DNA of 64,000 bases. Origin: Myxococcota bacterium (GTDB lineage Bacteria > Myxococcota_A > SURF-8). Below the pieces are notes generated by a model that was not told the origin of the DNA, did no database searches, and saw only the letters and a program-made list of their open reading frames with translations. Below are positions 50,201-58,960 of this stretch, piece after piece. Made by a program: the position numbers and the translations under genes. The stretch covers positions 4,704,001 to 4,768,000 of the forward strand of contig OZ223209.1 of assembly GCA_965140415.1 (NCBI GenBank), read 5' to 3'. The first letter of the stretch is position 1; each line of letters begins with the position of its first letter.

Positions 50201-51469
50201 CTAGCCCAGACCATTCCTCCCGGCGTCCTCACGTTGCATCGCTTCTTTGCGCTTCTTCTTCAATTGCAACGCGGTCTTTAACCCTTTTTCCCGAATCGTT
50301 TTAACCGCCACCCGTAACGGTGTGGCGACGTAAAAGCGTTTCCCGTATTTGGACAGCAGACGTTCATCCAACTCGATACCCAAACCCGGTTGTTGCGGAA
50401 CATTCAGCGTTCCGTCGGCGTTCAATTCCAGCGGAGGCATGACACCCGCCCAGCTCACCGGTTCGACTCCAGGCGGCTCATAGGGATATTCCAGGTAACC
50501 ACCTCCTCCCCAGGCCGCGAAAGCGTGCAGATTCACCATGCTGCCCAGACCGTTGGTCCAGGTATGCGGGGAATATTCCAGGGAACGCTTGCGGCATTCG
50601 TCCATCACCATGCGCGCCACCGACAAACCACTGAAGGTGGAATCCGGCTGGTATTTATCCAGGCTTTCATGCTCGAACAGCGGTAGAATTTCGTGCCAGG
50701 CTCCATGCAGTTCACCACCTGCCAGAGGTGTTTGGATTTCCTTACGCAGCTTGGCCATTCCTTCCCAATCGTGCATGTCCAGCGGCTCTTCCAGCCAGTT
50801 CAAGCCGAACTCGTCGCAACGTTTACCGAATTCCAGCGCATAGGACAAATCCCAAATCGGCGATGGATCGATCAGCGACACCGGCCAGCCCTGGTTGGCG
50901 TCCACACCCAAATAGAAATCGTCGCCGACTTCCCGGCGAACATCGCGCAGGATCTCCCAGTCGTGCTGCATAGCCGGATCTTTCACCCTCAGTTTCATCG
51001 CGGAGATACCCTTTGAACGGATGTCGTCCAGGTATTTGGCGCGTTTTGCGAAGGGTTGCAGTTCGCCACTGGAAGCGTACACCTTGACCGTCTGCACCGT
51101 TTGCTCTTCCGGTTGCAACAGGTTGTACACCGGTTTGCCTTCTATCTTGCCTAGTAGATCCCAGAAAGCATTTTCCAGCCAACTGTTGCGCCAACCTAAA
51201 TACGATGCTTCCCGGATGCGCTGCCGCACCGCCTGGATATCGTCGGCGCGCATGCCCAGCAGAAACGAACCAAGCAGATCCCCCAAGCCCTGTCGCTCGG
51301 CAGCAAAGGCATTACCAGCTGCCAGTCCCATCAAGCCGTCATCGGTAAACAGCTTGATCAGCGTATATTTGTTGGCCGTTTGCGGGTAACCGGGAATCCA
51401 CGACGGATAAAAGGCCGCCGGAGAAGGTACATTGACATGATACAACTCGATTCGTTCTATTCTACTCAT
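50201..51469 (-). CDS. Mandelate racemase/muconate lactonizing enzyme (enolase superfamily)
   Basis: WDLLGKIEGKPVY, KLR, VDANQG, WLEEP, AGGE, SPH. Confidence 0.9.
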   Translation of the reverse strand: MSRIERIELYHVNVPSPAAFYPSWIPGYPQTANKYTLIKLFTDDGLMGLAAGNAFAAERQGLGDLLGSFLLGMRADDIQAVRQRIREASYLGWRNSWLENAFWDLLGKIEGKPVYNLLQPEEQTVQTVKVYASSGELQPFAKRAKYLDDIRSKGISAMKLRVKDPAMQHDWEILRDVRREVGDDFYLGVDANQGWPVSLIDPSPIWDLSYALEFGKRCDEFGLNWLEEPLDMHDWEGMAKLRKEIQTPLAGGELHGAWHEILPLFEHESLDKYQPDSTFSGLSVARMVMDECRKRSLEYSPHTWTNGLGSMVNLHAFAAWGGGGYLEYPYEPPGVEPVSWAGVMPPLELNADGTLNVPQQPGLGIELDERLLSKYGKRFYVATPLRVAVKTIREKGLKTALQLKKKRKEAMQREDAGRNGLG

Positions 51470-51639
51470 CGCCTGCCCCCATTTTCCAAACTTCCAGGAT
51501 CAACTGATTGGTCCGCATGAAAAACGGATTTTCATGCATTGGCTTCCAACATCATTGAATGTTGCCGAATGTATCACGGAATTGTGCGCAAAACCACATG
51601 GAAATCGTACGATTCGATAGCCACTCCTTGCCTGGAACG

Positions 51640-51671
51640 AAAAAACGCGGGCGACTGACGTCGCCCGCGTT
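51640..51671 (-). terminator. Intrinsic terminator downstream of rho
   Basis: Perfect 12-bp stem aacgcgggcgac/gtcgcccgcgtt with a U-tract on the minus strand. Confidence 0.8.
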
Positions 51672-51699
51672 GACAGATCTAAATAGATTGGAAAGGATA

Positions 51700-53328
51700 T
51701 CAGCCGTTCATGCTGTTCAAGAAATCCGAGTTGGATTTGGTTTTGTTGATCTTGTCCAACAGGAATTCCATGGCATCGATGACCGAAAGCGGATGCAACA
51801 GTTTGCGCATGATCCACATACGGTTCAATTCCTCACGCGGCATCAGCAGTTCTTCCTTGCGGGTAGCCGAACGGTTGATGTCCAGGCACGGGAAGACGCG
51901 TTTTTCCATCAGGCGGCGATCCAGGTGCAGTTCGCTGTTGCCGGTACCCTTGAATTCTTCGAAGATGACTTCATCCATGCGCGAACCGGTGTCGATCAGC
52001 GCAGTACCGATGATGGTCAAGGAGCCACCCTCTTCGATGTTACGCGCCGCACCCAAAAAGCGCTTGGGTTTATGCAAAGCGTTGGAATCCACACCACCGG
52101 ACAGAATCTTGCCCGACGGCGGAACGACGGTATTGTACGCACGCGCCAGGCGGGTAATCGAATCCAAAAGGATCACGACATCGTACTTGTGCTCCACCAG
52201 TCGCTTGGCTTTTTCAATAACCATCTCAGCCACTTGCACGTGGCGCGTCGCCGGCTCGTCGAAGGTACTGGAAATGACCTCGCCCTTGACGGAACGCTGC
52301 ATATCCGTAACTTCCTCCGGGCGCTCATCGATGAGCAACACGATTAGGAAGACTTCCGGATGATTGGTCGTGATGGCGTTGGCAATGTCCTGCAACAACA
52401 TAGTCTTACCGGCTCTAGGCGGCGAAACGACCAGGCAGCGCTGACCTTTGCCTAACGGCGTCATCAGGTTCAGAATGCGGGTGGAGTAATTGGTCGGACT
52501 GTATTCCAGGTTGATCCGCTCCAGCGGATACAGTGGCGTCAGGTTATCGAAGATGATCTTGTCGCGAGTGACTTCCGGATCTTCGTAGTTGACCTTTTCC
52601 ACTTTTAGCAGCGCGTAATAGCGCTCGTTTTCTTTCGGGGGGCGGATCTGACCGGAAATCGTATCGCCGGTGCGCAGGTTGAAGCGCCGAATCTGGCTGG
52701 GCGAAACATAGATATCATCCGGGCCCGGCAGGTAGTTGTAGTCCGGGGAGCGCAGGAAACCGAATCCATCGGGCAGGGTCTCCAACACGCCTTCACTGTG
52801 AATGATACCTTCTTTTTCGGTCTGGTTTTGCAGGATGGCGAAAATCAGTTCCTGCTTACGCATACCACTGGCACCTTCGATCTTGAGATCCTGCGCCATA
52901 TGGGTCAAGTCTTTGATATTCTTTTCTTTTAAGGCGTTGAGATTGATGCGAATACCATCATCGCCTTTGGTGATGACCCCATCACCTTCTTCGGAAACCT
53001 CTTCCAAGGTCGGCTTCGGCTTGGAAAGCAATTGGGGTTCCCGCTCCTCGAACTCATCGCCTGCATCTTCATCAACGGGCGGAACGAAGGGCTTTTCTTC
53101 TTCCTTGGGACTTTTCCGGTTAACCACATCGCGGAAATTGCTTTCCACTTCCGCTCTGGACACCGAACGTCTCGTCATACGCCCGTTGCTCTGATCGTTT
53201 CGAATCACTACACGCCGTCGTACCTTTTTCTTGCCTTTTTCTTCCGCAGGGCTATTGGCGCCTTTTCCGTTTTCCGTCACGCTTTCCTCCGATTCAGGTA
53301 ATGCTTTCCGCTTATGGTTACGCGTCAT
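51700..53328 (-). CDS. rho: Transcription termination factor Rho with N-terminal extension
   Basis: [50 protein letters not shown]. Confidence 0.98.
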   Translation of the reverse strand: MTRNHKRKALPESEESVTENGKGANSPAEEKGKKKVRRRVVIRNDQSNGRMTRRSVSRAEVESNFRDVVNRKSPKEEEKPFVPPVDEDAGDEFEEREPQLLSKPKPTLEEVSEEGDGVITKGDDGIRINLNALKEKNIKDLTHMAQDLKIEGASGMRKQELIFAILQNQTEKEGIIHSEGVLETLPDGFGFLRSPDYNYLPGPDDIYVSPSQIRRFNLRTGDTISGQIRPPKENERYYALLKVEKVNYEDPEVTRDKIIFDNLTPLYPLERINLEYSPTNYSTRILNLMTPLGKGQRCLVVSPPRAGKTMLLQDIANAITTNHPEVFLIVLLIDERPEEVTDMQRSVKGEVISSTFDEPATRHVQVAEMVIEKAKRLVEHKYDVVILLDSITRLARAYNTVVPPSGKILSGGVDSNALHKPKRFLGAARNIEEGGSLTIIGTALIDTGSRMDEVIFEEFKGTGNSELHLDRRLMEKRVFPCLDINRSATRKEELLMPREELNRMWIMRKLLHPLSVIDAMEFLLDKINKTKSNSDFLNSMNG

Positions 53329-53625
53329 TTAACGCTGGTTGTCACCCCTATTGTACTAGAAGCCTATCACCGGGATTTCCCGCCCTTTTTGGCGATATCT
53401 ACGATCATTTTCTTAGTCGTTGGGTCAGTCAGCCTCGATCGATGTGCAGCCAGGGCTAGAATAAATGGTGGTTAAAATTACTTGATAAATCGTCCCAAAC
53501 GCGCATCAGTTCGCTACACGAAGCCACACAAGGAGAATGATTTGCAGGATAGCCATCCGATTATACGCTGAGAACAAACGAATTGAATGAGGAAACGAAA
53601 GATGAAGGTTGACTCATTCGCCATC

Positions 53626-53653
53626 AGTTTACAATAGCCTGTTGGGATGTCAA
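53626..53653 (-). promoter_or_regulatory. Probable rho promoter
   Basis: TTGACA-N16-TAAACT about 300 nt upstream of the rho ATG. Confidence 0.55.
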
Positions 53654-53662
53654 GCATTTTCG

Positions 53663-53688
53663 ATTTTGTAAATGAATTTTTACAAAAT
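53663..53688. promoter_or_regulatory. Palindromic TGTAAA-N6-TTTACA box
   Basis: attttgtaaa-tgaatt-tttacaaaat with perfect 10-bp arms. Confidence 0.55.
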
Positions 53689-53931
53689 TGAAGTTCACCG
53701 CCGTGCATGAACAACCAATAGTCGCTTTTATCGTTTCCACCGGGCATGGATCTTGCTTTTTCTGTGTTCATCGATTATTTTAAAAGCGTGACTCCAACCG
53801 CAACGACACGTATCAACTTGTTATTATTGTATGTTTTCTAACATCTTGTACAACACAAACTTCTGGCGGTAATGTAAACTTTGCGGATGAGCCCTGGTTT
53901 TTTCATACTTTAATGCGATGAAAGGAATTCC

Positions 53932-54525
53932 ATGAAACGGCTTGCTATGTTTGCGATATTGCTACTTTGTGCCAATTTCATGGCCTGCGGTGACGACGAC
54001 GCCCTTGTGTTCGATGGCGGCGATTCGGATCTTTCCGAATCCGAAACGGACGATGACACGCTAGCCGATACCGCGACACTAACCGGGGAAGAAGACCGCT
54101 ACGCCTCCATCATGATCGACCGCGAAAACCTGACGGCCTGGGTCGTTACGGGGAACAACTCCGATGCGGCGGTGCTGGCAACCTGCTTTTCGGAAAGTAG
54201 CAGCGATCCCTATGCATTGGATGGTAATCGAGGGTTGATGTCCTTTGCCTCCGACGCACTGCTAAGTACCGTCGCCCATACAGGCGCCGACGATGGAGAA
54301 GCTCCCCGGCTGGGCTCGCCTGACAAAGAAACCACACTACTTGTTTTCCATGAAGAAAGCATGGGTTCTCAATTCCGCCTGGCCCTGTTCATTCCCGAAA
54401 CAGGAACCGATACGACCGATTCCGGTTTGATTGTCGCCAAGCTCGACCTGCACCTGGACTGCGACGCCGACGAACTCCACTTGTACGACGCCCAGGTAAC
54501 ACGTGAAAGCAGCCAGGGAGAATGA
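53932..54525 (+). CDS. Hypothetical acidic lipoprotein
   Basis: AAAGGA RBS, lipobox FMAC-GDDD, DGGDSD. Confidence 0.75.
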   Translation: MKRLAMFAILLLCANFMACGDDDALVFDGGDSDLSESETDDDTLADTATLTGEEDRYASIMIDRENLTAWVVTGNNSDAAVLATCFSESSSDPYALDGNRGLMSFASDALLSTVAHTGADDGEAPRLGSPDKETTLLVFHEESMGSQFRLALFIPETGTDTTDSGLIVAKLDLHLDCDADELHLYDAQVTRESSQGE

Positions 54526-54602
54526 CATTCGCAGATGACATGACTCCAACTGCGAGTTGTCATCCACCCACACACAGCCAAACCAGATAGGAACCTCTTC
54601 AC

Positions 54603-55028
54603 ATGATACGAGCTTTCCATGCTTCCGATACCGAAACCATCATCGACATCTGGTATCAGGCGTCCATCCACGCGCACGATTTCGTACCGGCTTCATTCTG
54701 GGAAAAAGAGCGGCAGAACATCCGGGAAATCTACATTCCCATGGCGCAGACCTTCGTGATCGAACGGGACTCGAAAGCGGTGGGTTTCATTTCATTGCTG
54801 GAACCCAATGAAGTCGGCGGTCTGTTCGTTCTCCCGGACTGGCAGGGACACGGCCTGGGAAGGCAGTTGATCGAGCACGCCGCAACCTTGAAAGGTTCGT
54901 TGGTTCTGAACGTCTTCAAACAGAATCATGCGGCACGGCGCTTTTACGAGCGCCTGGGCTTCGTGCCGACTGGCGAAGGCATAGAGCCCAACACCGGCTG
55001 CGAGGAAATCCACCTGCGGCGAGAGTGA
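54603..55028 (+). CDS. GNAT N-acetyltransferase (YjaB/YiaC-like)
   Basis: AHDF, LFVLPDWQGHGLGRQL, N..ARRFYERLGF. Confidence 0.92.
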   Translation: MIRAFHASDTETIIDIWYQASIHAHDFVPASFWEKERQNIREIYIPMAQTFVIERDSKAVGFISLLEPNEVGGLFVLPDWQGHGLGRQLIEHAATLKGSLVLNVFKQNHAARRFYERLGFVPTGEGIEPNTGCEEIHLRRE

Positions 55029-55115
55029 CCGTGGCCGGTCGAATGGCCGTTACAACTGGCGACACATGCCAAGCGAAGCCCGGCAGCTTGGCAAAATTTC
55101 CTGCCCGACCCGCTT

Positions 55116-56273
55116 TTACTCCTCCACCGGCTGGCAGGGGGCGTTGCTCCAGGTAAAGCCGTTCAGCAGCGGCGTGCCGGTCGGGTCGGAATCGACCTTG
55201 TAGAGGGCTACGGGGCTGTGGGTGTATAAAATATCGTTGTACGGATTGTCTTCACCCCAAACCGATATGCTGCTGGATTGTTCGAAAACAACCACCCAAT
55301 CCGTATTCGAAATATAGCGTACTTCGCCGGGTTGTAAAACATACCAGCATTGTTCGTGCTTGACCCACAACTCATGGTAATACCTTGTTTCCCCATTCGC
55401 CTGAGTACCGCGTGTTTGTTCGCAGATACGATGGGGTAGAATCACCATATCATCCGGGTGTTGCAAACCTTCCGCAATAGGAGCCGTGCTGGTGTTGAAA
55501 ATGTGGTATACGAGTTCGTCTTCAACGTATAAGTCTAGCCAACCCAAGCCCCAATCCGGTTCCTGCCATTTTGTCACTTGTATGTGCTGATCAATCGTAA
55601 GGAGCGGAGCTAATCCTACACCCAATAATCCGATTGTCCAAAGAACCTGTTCATTATCTTGAACAGTAAACCAGAATTTCGATCCGGGTTCATATGGATA
55701 ATTCGAGTGAGTGTTTCCAGTTGAAAAAGATTGAAAAGAGCAGAATTCGTCACTTTCAGGCTCTTGCCCGATCTCCGTCACTTCTCCGTTGATTTCTTGT
55801 GTGATGGTATAGATGGCATCATGGTCTGAATTCCAGCAAGCAGTCATTCCTCTAGGCTGCATATATTCTTCACAATTGCCTTCGTAGAGATCTTCTTCGC
55901 TTTCCGGTTCCATCTCTATTTCAAGGTCATATGCTATATCATTATCAAGTTCTGACAAATCAGGATCGAAGTCCGCAGTTTCTAATTCAACTCTTTCCTG
56001 TTCCGTTGTTTCCCTATCCAGGTCACGCTCGATATTTTCCAAGTCTCCATCAGGGGGTACTGCATCCTTTTCCATATCCTCCTTATCGGTTTCCAAATTT
56101 TCGTGTTCAATATCTCCATCCTGATTCGGCTGTTCTAGTTCGATCCAATCTTTGTCTCCTTCAATAAATTCTTTGTCGTTATTTGATGTGCCATCTGTAT
56201 CGGAACAGGAGAAACAGATCAATGAAAACACAGCCGATATTACCAAAATCATAATTTGGTTGTCTTGTTTCAT
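55116..56273 (-). CDS. Hypothetical lipoprotein with long acidic DGD linker
   Basis: GGAGG RBS, lipobox CFSC, QDGD/PDGD, Glu-rich linker. Confidence 0.75.
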   Translation of the reverse strand: MKQDNQIMILVISAVFSLICFSCSDTDGTSNNDKEFIEGDKDWIELEQPNQDGDIEHENLETDKEDMEKDAVPPDGDLENIERDLDRETTEQERVELETADFDPDLSELDNDIAYDLEIEMEPESEEDLYEGNCEEYMQPRGMTACWNSDHDAIYTITQEINGEVTEIGQEPESDEFCSFQSFSTGNTHSNYPYEPGSKFWFTVQDNEQVLWTIGLLGVGLAPLLTIDQHIQVTKWQEPDWGLGWLDLYVEDELVYHIFNTSTAPIAEGLQHPDDMVILPHRICEQTRGTQANGETRYYHELWVKHEQCWYVLQPGEVRYISNTDWVVVFEQSSSISVWGEDNPYNDILYTHSPVALYKVDSDPTGTPLLNGFTWSNAPCQPVEE

Positions 56274-56289
56274 TATTACCCTCCTTTTA

Positions 56290-58155
56290 TCAATAGCACG
56301 CAAAGTGACTCACGTCACATGTGTATTGAGTTGGTGGATTTGTGGATTCATCTAAACAACCGCTGTTATTCACACAATAACAACGTTTGGTGAAGTTATT
56401 GCAGTATCCCGGATTTGTCGGAACGACACAATCACTGTGCGAAAGACATTGCACACACTTATAGTTTTCCGTATCGCAAATCCAGTTGTTGCTACAATCG
56501 GAATCTTCCGTGCAATAACACCTATTGGTGAATGGACTGCATAAGCCGATTCCAGTGCAATCCGAATTGCTGGAACATTGGCATGTCCATGTGCTTGTAT
56601 TGCAGGTTTGAGTGCCACTGCAATGAGAATCATTAGCGCATTCCACGCAGTAGTTGGCAGAATTGCAATGCCAGCCAGGAGCACAGTCCGAATCAACTGA
56701 ACATTCACGGCTTCTTCCCGTATCCAGCCAGCGATAATCGCCATTGGAGGGCGCTTCCCACACATGCAGGCAATTCATGTAATACATATCCAAGTTCCAG
56801 TCTTCCTTGGCCTGGCTGATTCCGTCCAGGTAGGCGTCCATCTGCCACCAGTAATCACGCGGGTTGGGTTGATCGTATCCCAGGCCACTGCTGCTTCCGT
56901 CTTCACGTTCGTCGCAGCCGTGGTTATAATAGCGGTTGTTGGCGCCTACCCAAAAGTCTTCCAGTTCATTGATAATCTCAGCAATGGAAAGACTGTAGGT
57001 GTCCGTCCAATTCGGATCTCCTGCGTCTTGTTTGTTGAAACTGCTGCTATCCTGATGGTCGTCGTAGAGATCCCACAGATATCGTGTGAAGTTATATTCA
57101 TGGCGAAACATTTTCCAAATCGTCCCGCTACCAAAACACTCGCTGTTTGCAGGAAATTTCTCAATATAGAATCCATTACCTGGTCTATATTGCGGGTCGC
57201 TGGCGTTCTGTGGCCACCTCGCTACAACAGCCATGAAGTTGGCCCAGCCTTCAGTAATCTCACGCGTCCCCCAACGTTCCGAAGCATAGTTTGGGTACAA
57301 CAATTGAAAGTTGCTTCCAGCAGCTTCCGGTAAAAAACCAGGATAGCCATCCGTGCCTTTGTGAAGCAGGTGTTGAGAAACATGTCCCAACTCATGGGCG
57401 TGACGATCATTTTGAGATGCGCATCCCTCTTTTATTTTAATAGCAGAATTTTCGGAGCAACTTGCATTCCCACAAGCATAAGTATAAGAGGAATCCATAC
57501 GCAATTTGAGTTCACCAATTCCACACTTGTTTGGGTCTGGATCGGATTGATCTTTACCATAACGATCTAAAAGTAGCGTAGATTCCGTAACTACATTTTG
57601 ATAATACATATCCGCTGTAGCGTGAAGGCCCGCTCTGGATTGGGACTCTCCTCCGCCAGAAGCATACACAACTTGACCAAGAGACCAATAATAGTCACCA
57701 TTCAGATCTTGTGTATAGTTATAAGTATAAGCTGATTCCATATCTGGATCACTAGAACTGTCATCAGTTACTAACCATCTGTGAAGGCTAGTGCTGTTTC
57801 CGTCTTCCAAATAAACCGTACTACCACAGTAAGCTGGCATACTAGGTGTCTCAATTTCTCCACTTGCCGAACCAGTTGAATCCGTTCCTGTCTCCAAAAC
57901 ATACCAATCATCCCCCATAACAAAGCACCTCAGAATCACTTTTGCATGTGGCAACCAGGAATACCCATTTGCATCCGGTTCCGGCATCAGATCATCCATT
58001 GCATGGTTTTGAAAACGAACATCTGAGAATTTAACTTGAACACTAATGTGGTTGATTTTACTAGCTATAGCCGGAGTAGCGGTAGCCAACAGTAAAAGCG
58101 CGAGCAATACCGAAAATCCGATTAGTAGTGAATTTATATGCGTGTTACGTCTCAT
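56290..58155 (-). CDS. Secreted putative zinc metallopeptidase with C-terminal Cys-rich repeats
   Basis: Signal peptide (AIA), HELGH...EGWANF, LWDLYD, six CxxxSxC-type repeats. Confidence 0.7.
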   Translation of the reverse strand: MRRNTHINSLLIGFSVLLALLLLATATPAIASKINHISVQVKFSDVRFQNHAMDDLMPEPDANGYSWLPHAKVILRCFVMGDDWYVLETGTDSTGSASGEIETPSMPAYCGSTVYLEDGNSTSLHRWLVTDDSSSDPDMESAYTYNYTQDLNGDYYWSLGQVVYASGGGESQSRAGLHATADMYYQNVVTESTLLLDRYGKDQSDPDPNKCGIGELKLRMDSSYTYACGNASCSENSAIKIKEGCASQNDRHAHELGHVSQHLLHKGTDGYPGFLPEAAGSNFQLLYPNYASERWGTREITEGWANFMAVVARWPQNASDPQYRPGNGFYIEKFPANSECFGSGTIWKMFRHEYNFTRYLWDLYDDHQDSSSFNKQDAGDPNWTDTYSLSIAEIINELEDFWVGANNRYYNHGCDEREDGSSSGLGYDQPNPRDYWWQMDAYLDGISQAKEDWNLDMYYMNCLHVWEAPSNGDYRWLDTGRSRECSVDSDCAPGWHCNSANYCVECANDSHCSGTQTCNTSTWTCQCSSNSDCTGIGLCSPFTNRCYCTEDSDCSNNWICDTENYKCVQCLSHSDCVVPTNPGYCNNFTKRCYCVNNSGCLDESTNPPTQYTCDVSHFACY

Positions 58156-58829
58156 TGGAAAACCTCCTCTCGGATGTCTTCCTCGGCGGTCAGCATGCCG
58201 CAGGTCTTGGGCCGGGACGCGCACATTTCGCGGATAACTTCGGGGTAGTAGGCAAGTTGCGCCGTGGCATACTCCAGGCTGCTTACCAGTCGGTAACGCC
58301 CGCTTGTTGGCTCGCGCAGCAGGTACAGCGTAGGACTTTCAAGGAAATACTCGTCTTCGCCTCCTGTAATTTCAAGGGTTAAACCGATGGTCAGGAAAGG
58401 TGCATCGCCCGAAGGCAGGGGGATAACGATCTCCGCGCCTCCCTCGACGTACCCGGCACGCAGACCGCTTAAAAGCTGGAACTTCTCCCGCATGCGTTTG
58501 ACTGCGGGACGACTGCGATTTCCTTCACCTACATAGCGTAGCGCGTGGAAACTCGACGTTTCAATACGCACCTGTTGCCCGGACATCGACGCCGAAGGCA
58601 TGATGTCCACCGGCATGAAAATAGCGGAATCGGTGATTTCGGCGCGTTCGGTCGCCAATACCATAGGGGGTACGTAAGAGGTTTCACTGGATTCCGTTCG
58701 CTGCTGGGCGAAAGCGCTTGCGCTTAAAAACGTGCAGGCTAAAACAAGCAAAACGCCTACGCTAGCAATCGGGGGGGGGTAATGATTCTTTATTTGTAAC
58801 TCCTTCAGATTAGACAACGACGACAACAT
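58152..58829 (-). CDS. Hypothetical secreted protein, translationally coupled to the peptidase (start uncertain)
   Basis: Signal peptide ending AFA; ATGA overlap with the next gene. Confidence 0.65.
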   Translation of the reverse strand: MLSSLSNLKELQIKNHYPPPIASVGVLLVLACTFLSASAFAQQRTESSETSYVPPMVLATERAEITDSAIFMPVDIMPSASMSGQQVRIETSSFHALRYVGEGNRSRPAVKRMREKFQLLSGLRAGYVEGGAEIVIPLPSGDAPFLTIGLTLEITGGEDEYFLESPTLYLLREPTSGRYRLVSSLEYATAQLAYYPEVIREMCASRPKTCGMLTAEEDIREEVFQ

Positions 58830-58960
58830 CAGCGAGAGGTCGGCTTTCGTGGCGAGTATGTAACAAGTACCATACACGATGGGAGCTTGTCAAGCAGAAT
58901 TGTTTATTAGTGATTCATGTGCAACTTACAGGGAGTAAGTTTTCATCAACAGCCTCCACC

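Noticed and set aside
51559-52363. Plus-strand ORFs opposite rho (similarly 58910-59824 and 60509-61339)
   Set aside because: Antisense shadows of conserved genes
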